Shown here: positions 10,512-24,134 of the stretch, piece by piece
Layout: each line of letters opens with the position of its first letter
How positions within the stretch are numbered: the stretch's first letter is position 1
NCBI RefSeq assembly: GCF_006345805.1
Contig: NC_042998.1
Span: forward strand, 144,398,001 to 144,462,000
Source of the DNA: Octopus sinensis
Lineage: Eukaryota
DNA: 64,000 bases
Reading direction: 5' to 3'
The notes under the pieces: generated by a model
What the model was told of the DNA's origin: nothing
Seen by the model: the letters and a program-made list of their open reading frames with translations, nothing else
The model's database searches: none
Translations under genes and position numbers: made by a program

Positions 10512-12325
10512 ATCATCATCGTTTAACGTCCGTTCTCCGTGCTAGCATGGGTTGGACGGTTTGACCAGGGATCTGGGAAGCCAGAAGGCTGCACCAGGCT
10601 CGAGTCTGATCTGGCAGTGTTTCTACAGCTGGATGCCCTTCCTAACGCCAACCACTCCGTGAGTGTAGTGGGTGCTTTTTATGTGCCAGGCGAGGCTGGC
10701 AACGGCCACGATCGGATTGGTGCTTTTTACGTGCCACCAGTACGGAAGCCAGTCTAGGCGGCACAGGCATCGGCCACGGTCGGATGGTGCTTTTTATATG
10801 CCACCGGCACATGGATCACAACTGCTGTTTCCATTCATTTTTGATGTTGGTGTACTTGACTCAATGGATCTCCTCAAGCACAGGGTCAAAACAGTGTTTC
10901 TTTACTTGCCACCTGCACAGGAGTCAGTCCAGCGGCCCTGGCAACTGCTGGGTGCCAGTCATAGGATTGGTTCAATTTTGATTCCGATTTCACTCGCCCC
11001 AACAGGTCTTCGCAAGCAGAGTTTAGTGTCCAATGAAGGGAGGTTGGCATGGGTGCTTGTCGTCGGATGAGGTTCGATTACGACTTCGCTTGCCTCAACA
11101 GGTCTTTCTGTGTCCAAGGGAGGAAAGGCATGCATAAGTGGGCTGGCTTGGATGGACTCACTTGTCCTGCCAGGTCTTCTCACACACAGCATATTTCCAA
11201 ATGTCTCGGTCACTAGTCATTGCCTCGGTGCGGCCTAAAGTTTGAAGATCGTACTTCACCACCTCATCCCAGGTTTTTCCTGGGTCTACCTCTTCCACGG
11301 GTTCCCTCAACTGATAGGGATTGGCACTTTTTCACACACCTATCTTCATCCATTCTTGCCACATGACCATACCAGTGCAATCGTCTCTCTTGCACACCAC
11401 AGCTGATGCTTCTTAGGTTCAACATTTCTCTCAAGGAACTTACACTCTGTCGAGTATGTACACTGACATAACACATCCATCAGAGCATACTGGCTTCATT
11501 CCTCGTGAGCTTACGCATGTCCTCTGCAGTCATGGCCCATGTTTCACTGCCATGTAGCATGGCTGTTCGTACACATGCATCATACAGTCTGCCTTTTACT
11601 CTGAGCGAGAGGCCTTTAGTTACCATCAGAGGTAAGAGCTCCCTGAACTTTGCCCAGGCTATTCTTACTCTAGCAGTTACACTTTCAGCACACCCACCCC
11701 TGCTTCTGACTTGGTCACCTAGATAACGGAAACTATCAACTACTTCTAGTTTTTTCCCCCGGGAAGTGATGGAAGTTGTTCTCTGCAGATTTTCAGTGTT
11801 TATTGCTCCTGAGCATCAGCCACATACAAAAGCTATCTTCCCAGTTAGCCTTCCTTTGACATTGCTGCACCTGTTATGTATCCATAGCTTCCACTGGGTA
11901 CATCTTATAGAGTTTCTGCCTACGCCTTTTCTACAGATCAAGCAGGGCCATCTACCTGAAGGCGTTTGTGGTTTGTCTACCTTCCTACTTATTAGGACTT
12001 TGGTTTTAGCTAGATTGACTCTAAGGCCCCTCGATTCTAATCCTTCCTTCCACACCTGAAACTTCTCCAGTTCTGATAGTGACTCAGCAATTAGAGCAAG
12101 GTCGTCAGCATAGAGGAGCTCCCAGGGGCATCCTGTCTTGAATTCCTCCGTAATTGCCTGGAGGACTATGATAAATAGGAGGGGGCTGAGGACTGAACCC
12201 TGGTGGACCCCAACCTCTACCTTGAATTCTTCAGTGTACATGTTGCCAACCCTTACCTTACTTACAGTGTCCCTGTACATGGCTTGCACAGCTCTCACCA
12301 GCCATTCATCTATCCCTAGTTTCCT

Positions 12326-12326
<1 letters not shown>
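10512..12326 (-). mobile_element. 5'-truncated RTE-clade LINE with (GAT)n tail
   Basis: GVHQGSVLSPLLF, LLYADDL, GLRVNLAKTK, WYGHVARMDEDR...GRGRPRK, then 3' UTR and GATGAT tail. Confidence 0.92.
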
Positions 12327-12422
<96 letters not shown>

Positions 12423-12569
12423 CACACACACACATATATATATATATATATGTATGTATATAACACACACAGAGCTGGGCATAAGTCTGTTAATCGTTAA
12501 TTAACTAAGTTAACTTTTTTGTTAACAATTTAACTAAAAGTTAACTTTGAAAATCATTATCAGGCTATA

Positions 12570-12732
12570 GGCGCAGGAGTGGCTGTGTGGTAAGAAGCTT
12601 GCTTCCCAACCACATTGTTCCGGGTTCTGTCCTACTGCATGGTACCTTGGGCAAGTGTCTTCTTTTATGGCTTCGAGCTGACCAAAGGCTTGTGAGTGAA
12701 TTTGGTAGATGGAAACTGAAAGAAGCCCGTTT

Positions 12733-12771
<39 letters not shown>

Positions 12772-13020
12772 GTATATACATATGTATTATGTATTTGTTG
12801 TTTGTGTCTGTGTTTGTCCCCCACCATTGCTTGACAACCGATGCTGGTGTGTCTACGTCCATGTAACTTAGCGGTTCGGTAAAAAGAGACTGATAGAATA
12901 AGTACTCGGCTTACAAAGAATAAGTCCTGTGGTCGATTTTATTCGACTAAAGGTGGTACTCCAACATGACCGCAGTCAAATGACTGAAACAAGTAAAAGA
13001 GTAAAAGAGAGTAAAAAGAG
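12570..13020 (+). mobile_element. SINE family A, full length with internal microsatellite
   Basis: tRNA-like head GGCGCAGGAGTGGCTGTGTGG...GGGTTC, central CCTTGGGCAAGTGTCTT, internal (TA)n, AAGAGTA tail. Confidence 0.9.
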
Positions 13021-14139
13021 TAGACTAATTAACTTCCGTTATATTTAGCTTCTATTAACTCTTGTCTGTTAATTCAAAAATTTCTTAAAAACAGGAAACA
13101 TTTAAAAGTTTCTTTTGTTTTCAGATTGTCTTAGCATATTTAATATTGTACCCCTCATTCTTTCAACCCTGATATAACATCACTTATTATTATCTTTTCT
13201 GGAAAAAAGTGGCTTGCAGCATGTTTGGAGGTCAGATATCAATGCACCTGAAAGACACTGTAGAAAAAAATTGTTGCACACCGAGGTATGAAATATCTAC
13301 TGAAAGATTAAAATTTTGCACTGATTATACCTATATTTGAATTAATTCAAATTAATGTACCTCATATTGTGAAGTGGCAAAATTTTTGTCGATTGCCAAA
13401 GGGCATAATTTTAGTAACAAATGAAAATGGTAAGATGCATTGAGAATTTCAATTTTAGTGTTTATCCATAATGTTACTGCTTTTACACCTGTTAATTAAA
13501 TTTACCTGCCCATTAAAGTCAAATTTACTCAACATGATCAGCTAAAATTACATAACTGTAAACCAGTGGTACATAAAGCACCCACTGACAAAATTTCAAA
13601 TCTGTATGTAAAAAATTTACAAGGTTACAAGCAAATATTGTGGACACCCCTCTTGAACCCAAATAATTCAAAAAAACGTGAACAAATAAGCATTACATTT
13701 GACAGATCGGTATAAACACTAAAGATGTTTTTAGGTGGGGGTTTTTCTTACACACACACATGACATGTCCTGCAAACTGTTTACTCAGTATGAGGAAATT
13801 GAACACCTACTTTTTATACCTTTATCTACCTCTGAAGAGATTCAGCTTTCAAATAATTTTAAACTTAATTAATTTTCTGAGAGCCTGAATTAAAACAGCT
13901 GTAAGGGATGTTTGTCAATGTTTTAATGAATAAATAAGAATTTATTAATTACTTTTCTATTCTTTCATCTTATCATTATAATAAATAAAATATATATAAA
14001 CCACAGTTTATATAGTTACCTTGCAGTGGAGCATTAAATAGAATGTTCAATACTCTTTGTATAGGTAATTAACCAGTGTTTTCATAGGATTTTGCTATCC
14101 CTGAATGAGGTATGGAACCTTTAATTGTGGTTCTATATA

Positions 14140-14600
14140 TATATGATTTGGAGAAGGCATTTGACAAGGTACTATGTACCCTGTCACTGGTGGTCACTAA
14201 GGAATCTAGTCGTTGACAAATGGTTAGTGAGTGCTGTATAGCCCATTTACAAAGATGCAGTAAAGTTAGAGTTAACAGTGACTTTGATGACAAATGTAGA
14301 ATGAGAGCTGGAGCCTATCAAGGCTCAGTCCTCAGTCCGCTCTTATTCACAAGAGTCCTATAGGCCATCACAAGGGGATTCAACACTGGCTGTCCATGGA
14401 AACTTTTATATGCTGGTGATTTAGTTTTCATAGCAGACTCTATAGAGGAATCAGAGAGGACATTCCCAATTTGGAATCTGACCTATAATAGAGAGGATTT
14501 AAGGTAAATATAGCACAGACAAAAATTTTAGTAAAGCAGAAAAGAAGGCAGGACTCTGGTACCTTCAGGGAGTAGGTATAAATCATATGCTGTACTCAAT
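14140..14600 (+). mobile_element. Decayed RTE RT fragment
   Basis: GATTTGGAGAAGGCATTTGAC (DLEKAFD) and CAAGGCTCAGTCCTCAGTCCGCTCTTATTC (QGSVLSPLLF). Confidence 0.75.
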
Positions 14601-14898
14601 GTAAACTATGGATACATAAGAGATGAAGTTGAATAATAAGTAGACTATCAGATAACATAAACTTTGTATATGATAGATGCACAAGAGCATTACATACTAT
14701 AAACACACTAGAAATAAATAGTCTTAAATACATGGATGGCTCACTAAAAATAGTTGACCTAGAAAGTTGACCTCGGTAGTGAAGGCTGATCTTAGAGTCT
14801 TGAACATCACTGACGAAATGACAAAGGAGTGGGATGACTGGCAATATGTGGTTTTTCAGAAGATTCACATAACTTAGCAAAACTGAGTACAAGAAGAG

Positions 14899-14953
<55 letters not shown>

Positions 14954-17079
14954 CGTGCGTGTGTGTGAGCATTTCACCAAGTTGCTTTATCAAGACACCC
15001 CACTACCATCTTCATCTCTCTAACTGTAGATCTTCCTAGATACCACTAATTTTTCTTACCACCCAGAACCATTTCAATTGTTACCATCCTTCATCTATTA
15101 AAAATCTGAATTGTGATCATTTGAATGTCTTATGCACAGATTGTAAAAAAACTTTTTTTCACTGACACTACCATTGGTAACAGATGGATAGTTATGACGG
15201 GCATATTGGGCTTTGTATATTTGTACTCCAGCATCACTTTGATGGTGTGTGCTGTTCTCTAAGTGATAACGAAAAAGAACATACAGGCATACATACATCC
15301 ATTTTTCCATGCTTGCATGGGTCAAACAGATTTCTGAAATATACTGGTTTATTCTCTCCATAGAGTAAACACCATAATATTAAGCACAAATGTCTTCTGA
15401 ATGTGACTGAAAAATCTATTAACAGACTTTATTCTTTCCTTGGTTCCAGTCACAGGACTTTGGCTCTGCTGTGGTCATGATATTTTGAACCAAAAATTAA
15501 GAGAAAAAAATTATTATTAATTTTTTTCTATTTCATTTCTTTAATTTTCTATATTTCATATTAATTTTTTTCTATATTTCATTGCTTTAATTTTCTATAT
15601 TTCATATAAAATTTTTAGTATTATATGTTTTCTTTTTCTTTTGCTTTTATTTATAATAATAATTATGAACTTCTTGTATACAATGCTCAAGTGCAATACA
15701 ACTCATCAGAAACAGTTACCAAACCTGCATGAACAATACAGTGAACCATGGAAAAACCTTAAAAAAAAAAAGGAAGAAGTCATCCATTCCAGTTATCAAT
15801 TTTCTCTGTCCACTACTCCTGGCAGGATGATGTGGTAGAGTCCTCAGATACCTTCTTCATGGGGTCTTATCAGAAGCAACCATCATTAGGCTTACGGGCT
15901 GGATTCTCAAGTATCACTGATTAAAACTATAAATATCAAAGTATCACCAACTAAGAATATAAATATTCAAACATCTCGTTCTTGGTTTACCCCCAAGTCT
16001 CCTGTCAGTTGACTTGGCTTGAAGAATCCATCTGGCAATGTTTAATTTTTTGACATTAATTAACTTTCACTTAATTACATACTCCTATGAGAGATAACTG
16101 CCCAAGTATCTATAGTATCTATTTCACTGTATGTGATTATCTAACATAGGCACAGTTATTTCCCTTATATTTGCATGATTGCAAGCTGTTCTTTAGTTAA
16201 TTCAAAACTTTAATTTTATTTTATTGTTCTTCGATGTAAAATTTTTCTGCATTAGTCTGTAATTTTTTTTTCCAGCAAATAAATGCCTGGCTGTGTGGTT
16301 AAGCAGATCACTATGCAACCATCTGGCTTCAGGTTCAGTTCAACTGAATGACTAGTTGTCATTCTTCTTTAACATTATATTGCTTTTCTCTCACTGTTTC
16401 TATTCTCTCACTCTTTCTCTCATATATATTTTTTAACTGGTTTTGATCATTGAACTGTAACCATGCTAGGGTACTACTTTTGAGGTCTTCTAACCAAACC
16501 TGTCAACACCAGTACTTACTTGGGTGTGGCATATGAGAGTAATAGGAGGTAACAGAGGTGTGAAGAATGGGGCTCTGTCCCAGCATCACACTTTCTGCTT
16601 CATCATGCATTTCTGCCACATCTCATTCCCTAACACTCATGACTTCTATGTGCTACTTGGCTGCTATAATCACCTGAAAGCAGAATAGGCACATGCTACA
16701 TCCTCTACCTTCTTCCCCACACCAGAAACCACTGATATTTCTCATTATCTTCCCTGCCCACTATTTCCACCAATCATCACCAATCACCTTCTTTCTGTGC
16801 CTTCAGCATTTCCACTCTCCCCTTTGCTACACTGCATTCTTCACACCTCTGTTACCTCCTATTACTCCTATCTGTCATAGACCCCCCTCCCCACGAGCTG
16901 CACCTTTATCTCTCCCTATTACTTGTTACACACATTCTTTTGAAACTTCCCCCTGCCCCCTGTTCCCCTTGTCCTCCTGTCCCCCTGCCCTCCTGCTCCC
17001 CTGCCTTCTGCCCACTCACCCAGTCGTATTTTTTGTTGTACATGTTTTGTGACATCCTGTGCCCATGTATGCATACATA

Positions 17080-17121
<42 letters not shown>

Positions 17122-17297
17122 AGATGTATGTATGTATATATGCATATATATTCATCATCATCATGTTATTTATATTAGACTACCAATGACCCATTGGGTC
17201 ACTGGGGAAGTCTGAGTTTCCCAGCAACAGAGTTTTTTCATGGATTTTTTTTGCATTCCCATCATTTTCCCCAGAAAGGAAAGATTTGGCTGCTATT

Positions 17298-17530
17298 TCT
17301 TATTTCTTTATTGCCCACAAGGGGCTAACTATAGAGGGGACAAACAAGGACAGACAAAGGGATTAAGTCGATTACATCAACCCCAGTGCGTAACTGGTAC
17401 TTAATATATCGATCCTGAAAGGATGAAAGGCAAAGTCGACCTCGGCGGAATTTGAACTCAGAACATAACGGCAGACAAAATACCGCTAAGCATTTCACCC
17501 GGTGTGCTAATGTTTCTGCCAACTCGCCGC
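17298..17530 (-). mobile_element. SINE family B
   Basis: Colinear with 6968-7200. Confidence 0.9.
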
Positions 17531-19162
17531 TGTCTTTTTGGCTGCTATTTCTTGCACACCCTGCTACTACGTAACAGGTATTTTGGGTCTTTTATTGCAA
17601 AAAACTGTTATGTGGTGGCAGGGCATCCTAGAAATAACAGCCAAATCTTTGGAGGTGAGATACATTGAATGCACTTGAAAGAAACTTATGGAAGAAAACT
17701 ATTTCACACTGAGTTTACGAATGGGTCTATTATGAAATATTTACCCTATTTGTAAAGTCATTTTCACTTAAAAATATTTTGCCGATTATAATGAGTCTAA
17801 TGGAAAGGTTAGAATTCTTCCTTTCAGGGTTAAGTTATTTTTGGAGTATTTTCCCATTATGCACTGTTTTGGGTATTTATACCCCAAAACTCCAAATATC
17901 TCAATAACTACTAGTCTGATTTGTGCAAAACTTGCTTTATTCCATTTGTATTCACATTTCAGGGGCACTTGACTTTGAAAGTATTTCCCCATTATGTGCC
18001 AGTTTGGCTGTGTAACATTGCAAGCAAGCAAGCAAGAAAGATTGAACTTCACTTTTAATGTACTATAGATATGTATGCATGCATGTGTGTGTGTGTGTGT
18101 GTATGTGTATACACACATATACCTGGGAGCACAAGTTCACAAAAAGAATGACCCAGGTTCAAATCTTGCTGGAGACATAATTTTGGAAAGCAGGAGGATG
18201 TGTCAGATATAAGGGCCAAAACACTTGTTGCTTGAAAACAACACTGTCATACAATATTTTGGTTTGTAATCAATAGCTGAAGAATATTTGTATGGGCTTC
18301 ATCTATGCTTAAAAGTAAGACTTTGATACTGAAACTAAAAGAAAATAGTTGAGTAGCTCAGGATTTAACATATTTTGGCATATTTTTCATAATAAACATA
18401 GTGCATTCCACACAGTTTTTATTCCAACAAATTGGTACCTATGATACTATGGGAATAGGTTATTATTACTATCACTTAGACAATGCAGTTTGAAGTCTAC
18501 ATTGGTTCATCCATTTAATACAACCTACTTATATCATTTCAGTATCTGTATTTCCAGTTTGAACAAAAGCAATGTGTGGGCCATGCGGGCAGTCATACAT
18601 ACCCCAGGAAAGGGGGCTTTCTCCCCACAGGGGCCCCATTACTCATTATGTGAAGAATTTTAAGAGTCTAAAACCATTTCTGGAACATAAGTAATATATG
18701 TTCCCAGTTTGGAGAAAATCAGTTGTGAACTTCAAAAGTTTTGTGGGTTTACACACACTTACACACACACAAACACAAACACACATCTGATAGCCTCACA
18801 CACACATACATTACACAGCCTCACACACTCCCACACAAAAATGCATGGAGCACACATCACTCAACGCAGTGCACAAGCTTGTCTTCACATATACATACAC
18901 ACACTCCCGTCATTATCATCATCATCATTGTCGTCGTCGTCATCATTATCATCATTATCATTTAAACAACCATGTTCAATGCTGCTATGTGTTGGAAAGT
19001 TTCACAGGACTTGATGGGTGTAAGGACTGTATTGTACATCAGAGTCTACTTTTGCATAGTTTCTACAGCCAGATGTCTTTCCTAATACCAAGGATATATT
19101 GTAATATTTGTTTCTAATATATACACAGGGTCACAAATTTGGGCAAGAGGCTAGTTGATTAA

Positions 19163-19362
19163 CCCTTTTGATTCCAATCCAACTGAGACCATCCCTGGTT
19201 TTATGATACACACTTCATGTTTAAAGTGACCTTAATTAATACTTTGCATGTTAATTTAACTACCAAACACCAACTTAATAATAACAAAGTCATTTTATTA
19301 AACCCTTTATTAGTTTCAAAATAAAAGCAGTGTATTTCAATAGAAATATTGTAACAAAAGTG
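19163..19362. mobile_element. piggyBac-type MITE (TTAA flanks)
   Basis: TTAA|CCCTTTTG ... CAAAAGTG|TTAA. Confidence 0.65.
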
Positions 19363-20199
19363 TTAATATCAAGCCTAGGAGTTGACTGGTATTAATTTTA
19401 TCATTGACTCCCCTCTTAGGCTCACCTTCTTGCTACTTGAAAGTTCCCTCTAAGACTCCATTACTGCCTTCCTCTTGTCTCCTTCAGTCAAGTAATTTCT
19501 CTATAGCAAGATACCTATGCTTGTCTCTCTATCATACTTTAGCCTTTCAACATCTAACATAAAGCTACCAAACTCTATCTTACCTCCCAAATACTTACTC
19601 TTGGTAGTGGGAGCTTTTTCCCTTTCCTTTTCCTTTGTTCTTTTATGCTTTGCAAGTTACATGGCAACCTCACTAGTGCCAGTGGCAGGAAAAAGCAGCC
19701 AATACACTCTGTAAAGTGGTTGGCATTAGGAAGGGCATCCAGCCATGGAAACCATTACCAAAGATGACACTACCAAATTTGTTATTGTTAAGTATAAATG
19801 CTTGCGATCAGATTGAAAGAGTGAGATTTAATCAGTATTCAGTTAGCTTGCCTGGAACAATTAGTAGCCAAATGAATGTATATCGTAATTGTATGCTTGT
19901 TGTAAATGTATAGTTATGGTAAATGTTTGCTTGTTGTGAATGTTTGTACAAGTAAGTATGCTTTAGTGAATTATCCAGTTTCAGGTTAGATTTTACCTTC
20001 TTATGATTTGCTTAAATCTGGCATGCCTTTATGCATTGTGTTTAACTATTTAATGTGACAATCAAGTCTGTGACCTACATTTATTTTATTATACAACTAA
20101 CATGTATTAGCTGAATTTCATCTTACCTGAATTGTGAAGAAAACACAATGCTTTCTTTTGTGGCTAAGCACAATGACCTGGGAAAAAAAATCATCATCA

Positions 20200-20883
20200 G
20201 GTGCAGGAGTGGCTGTGTGGTAAAAAGTTTCCCAACTACATGGTTCCTGGTTCGGTCCCACTGCTGAGACTTGGGGGCAAGTGTCTTCTACCTCAGGCCA
20301 ACCAAATCCTTGTGAGTAGACAGAAACACACACCCATTGTGTGTGTGTGTATATGTATGTTGGTGTAAACAGGTAAAATAGAACTCAAAATATGGGTATA
20401 TGTATATTTTCATTAATATTTAGCAAAAGCAACAGAGTGACTCAAGGTCCAAGAATTTCATGCATTGGTACTTATCAAACTAAGTGCCAACACACGAAAC
20501 ACTTGGACTTTGAGTCACTCTGTTGCTTTTGCTAAATATTAATATAAATTTATATATCATCATCATCATCATCATTCAATGTTTGTCCTTCATGCTGGCA
20601 TATATATGTGTGTATGTGTGTGTGTGTGTGTGTGAGTGTGTAGATATTTATGGGTGTGTGCTTTTGTGTCTGTGTTTATCCCTATCACCATTGCTTGGCA
20701 ACCAGTGTTGGTATGTTTACATTCCAATAACTTAGCGGTCAGTAAAAGAGACTGATAGTATAAGTACTAGACTTTAAAAAAAAACAATAAGTCCTGGGGT
20801 TGATTTCCTTGACTAAAGCTCTTTAAGTTAGTGCTCCAGTATGGCCACAGTAAAATGACTGAAACAAGTAAAAGGATAAAAGA
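20200..20883 (+). mobile_element. SINE family A carrying nested insertions in its microsatellite
   Basis: Head at 20200-20330 and 3' half at 20650-20883, separated by a palindromic MITE and an RTE tail stub. Confidence 0.75.
20412..20543. mobile_element. Fully palindromic MITE, copy 1
   Basis: 42 bp outer inverted repeat with one mismatch, continuing inward to a 6 nt loop. Confidence 0.85.
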
Positions 20884-21429
20884 ATCCTCCACCATCCCCT
20901 CCTCCTCCTCTTCATCATCATCATCAATGTTATGATGTCTACTTCTCCATGCTTTCATCTGTTTGGAAAGAATTTATTGAATTATATTTTCTATGGTTAG
21001 GTGTCCTTCCTGTCACCAGCCCTCACCTGTTTCCAAGCAAGGTAATATTTCCCCACGGATTTGGTAGATGGATTTGTGTGTGTATATATATATAAATATA
21101 TATATAATGGACTTCTTTCAGTTTCTGTCAACCAAATCCACTCACGAGGCTTTGGGTCTACCCAAGGCCATAGTAGAAAACACTTGTCCAAAGTGCCACA
21201 CAGTGGGACTGAACCCAGAACCATGTGGTTGTGCAGCAAGTTTCTTACCACACAGTTTTACCTGTGCCTAAATATATACAATGTACTTCTTTCAGTTTAT
21301 CAAGTTTAATCATAAGGCTTCAGTCAACTACATTAATGGGTGGCTATAGTAGAAGACACTTGCACAAAGCATTGCTTAGTGGGACTGTTCACAAAACCAC
21401 AAGGTTGTGGCTATTACACTGTGAAGGTG

Positions 21430-21737
21430 CATGATTAAGTAGTTATAAGATAATTGGCTTATGGTTGTGAGTTTGATTCCTGATAGCATGTTGTGTCCTT
21501 GAGCAAGACACTTTATTCCACATTGCTCCAGTTCAGTCAGTTGGCAAAAATGAGTAGTACTTGTATTTCAAAATCCCAGTCTTATCACATTGTGTTATGC
21601 TGAATCTCCCTGAGAACTACATGAAGGGTACATATGTATGTGGAGTGCTCAGCCACTTGCACGTTAATTTCATGAGCAGGCTGTTCTGTTGATCGGATTA
21701 ACTGGAACCCTTGTCATCGTAACCGATGAAGTGCCAG
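21430..21737 (+). mobile_element. tRNA-derived SINE family C (V-domain-like)
   Basis: B box GAGTTTGATTCC then GTGTCCTTGAGCAAGACACTTTATT..ATTGCTCCAG; same 5' part at 41915. Confidence 0.7.
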
Positions 21738-22189
21738 TGGTATATTATTACAATTGATTAAATGTAAGAAAGACTAAAATGTTTTATTTTATTTACCATT
21801 TTTATATTTTCCCCCTGTTTTTCTAGCAGTATCCCAAACACATAACATGGTGCCCTTATGCCCTTGGTATCCCAAGTAACGTACCTGGGTCACCAATATT
21901 TTTAATCCCTTCTGCTGCTCTCAATAATACCTATTCTTCCTAAGACATTATTGTCTTCCTTACACCATTAGTAGGTCAAGTGGCTACTTGTCATATAACT
22001 AACACAAAAAATTAGTCACATTAGCTATGTCTATATACCTGAGTGATTACTCATTGACTGCTGCTGTTGGAAAGAAACTCAAGTAAACCTGTTTGTTCAG
22101 TTGATCAATAAAAATATGCTCCACCTTAAGACATTTTATAAGTTAACTTAATAATTTTAAATTTTATAGTTCATATTTTTGTACATTAT

Positions 22190-22560
22190 CACTGTTTTAA
22201 TGTAAACTTTTCCATGCTTGAAAGGATCAGAGAGAATTTTGCTGAGGCAGATTTTCCACAGCCTGATGCCCTTCCCATTGCCAACCTGCCCGTTTCTAAG
22301 CAAGGTAATATTTCCCCATAGCCAGACATTTTTCCCACAGAAAATGAACAACATCACTTGTATGATGGTGTTGCTTGTTTGCAGCCAGCATAAGGATAGG
22401 ATAACCTCTTCCCACATATATAAGACAAGCTTCTTTGTTTCCATCTACTAAATCTCACAGAGCTTTGTTCAGGCTGGAGTAACAGTAGAAAACATTTGCC
22501 TTAGCTGCCATGCAGGGAAACTGAACCTAAAACCACAAGGTTGGAAATCAAGCTTGTTAA
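22190..22560 (-). mobile_element. SINE family F (A-type head, RTE-type tail), degenerate
   Basis: Reverse complement of the 44740-45135 layout. Confidence 0.6.
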
Positions 22561-22596
22561 CCACAGAGCCAGTCCTGCTTATAATTTATATTAGTA

Positions 22597-22975
22597 TATT
22601 CTTTTATTCTTTTACTTGTTTCAGTCATTAGACTGTGGTCATGCTGCGGCACCACCTTGAAGAATTTTTAGTTGAACTAATCGACCCCAGTAATTATTTT
22701 TTAATGCCTTTTACTTATTCTATCAGTCTCTTTTGCCAAACCACTAAGTTGCAGGTAACAAACCAACACCAGTTGTCAAGTGGTGGCGGGGGACAAACAA
22801 ACACACACACACATGACGGGCTTTTTCCGGTTTCTGTCTACCAAATCCACTCCCAAGGCTTTGGTCGGCTTGAGGCTATAGTAGAAGACACTTGTCCAAG
22901 GTGCTATGCAGTGGGACTGAATCTGGAACCATGTGGTTGGGAAGCAAGCTTCTTACCACACAGCCATGCCTGTAT
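22597..22975 (-). mobile_element. SINE family A
   Basis: Reverse complement of 12570-13020. Confidence 0.85.
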
Positions 22976-23399
22976 GTTAAAGGTTTTTTTGGTTGTTTTA
23001 CAGGATTTAATCTTATCTTTTCCAGTTTTGATGTAATTATTCCAAGGAGAGAAGAATCAAAATTCCAGGTGAAGCATATAACAACCTTGTGAAGAAGAGT
23101 TTATCTTCAATAAAGATTTATTCTATAATGAAAAAAAAACAGCCGTTTATAACTTATCAATTATATAAACAAGCCACCAGGAGCGTCTGTGTTGAAACTA
23201 ATTAAATGCTAAGAGAGGGAAAGTTTTTGTTGTTGCAATCTGTAATTATACCTTTATATTTTAGGTCATGTATACAATCTTTCTCAAATTTTCTAGATGA
23301 CAGCTTGAAGAATCTGTCTTAAATAAAAGAGCCCAGCCAAATGGTGGGAGACTTAGGGTAGACCAAGAACAAGATGATGGATAATATCTGTAGTCTCAA

Positions 23400-23610
23400 A
23401 AGTGGTGAACTGGCAGAATCGTTATCACATTGGACAAGATGTTTAGCAGCACTTTTTCTGACGTTACATTCTGAGTTCAAATGCTGTCAAGGTTAACTTT
23501 ACCTTTCATCCTTTCGAGGTCGATAAAATCAGTAGTAGTTGAGTAGTGATGTAATTGACTTACTCATCCCTGAAATTGCTAGCCTCTTGCCAAAATTCGA
23601 AACCAATATC
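23400..23610 (+). mobile_element. SINE family B
   Basis: GTGGTGAACTGGCAGAATCGTT...CTTTCATCCTTTCGAGGTCGATAAA. Confidence 0.8.
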
Positions 23611-24134
23611 TGTATTCTCAGTTGGTTATGCTTAGGAATCCAGCTGGAAAGTGTAATGACAATTGCTTCTAAAAGAATTCTATGGAGGAGGTGCCTGAGG
23701 ATTCTACCCATATGACACGCTCAAGAATAATGGATAGCTGGATGAAAAGGGAAAGTTCTGTAGTAGAGAAATTAACAGTAAATTATTGTATAGTTAAGTA
23801 AGTATCAAAATTGACTCCAGTTTACACAGATGATTGCAGGCAAGGTGTAACAAACATTTAAAGAAGTAATCAGAAAAGCTCTGTGGATTAAGAATTCGTA
23901 GACACAAGGAATTTAGGATTCATGGGTGTATGTAGAAACAAAGGAAACTTGAAAAACATTATTTACATGGCCTTAAAGGAAAATTATTGACAGCAGCAAA
24001 ACTGAGTGAGTCTACTCCCAAGATGGTTCACAACAACTGGGAGGACAAATCTATAATTAAGAACTGGAGTGGATTCTTTCAATCTCACAGAGGTATTGAA
24101 CTCAGCACTCTAGGTTAATGACATAATTTTGTTA

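Noticed and set aside
16693-17052. Pro-rich 119 aa ORF
   Set aside because: Pyrimidine-rich low-complexity DNA next to a decayed RTE tail; no splice or homology support.
23296-23400. Exon starting TTTTCTAG|ATGACAGC
   Set aside because: Early stop, no clear donor and no homology.
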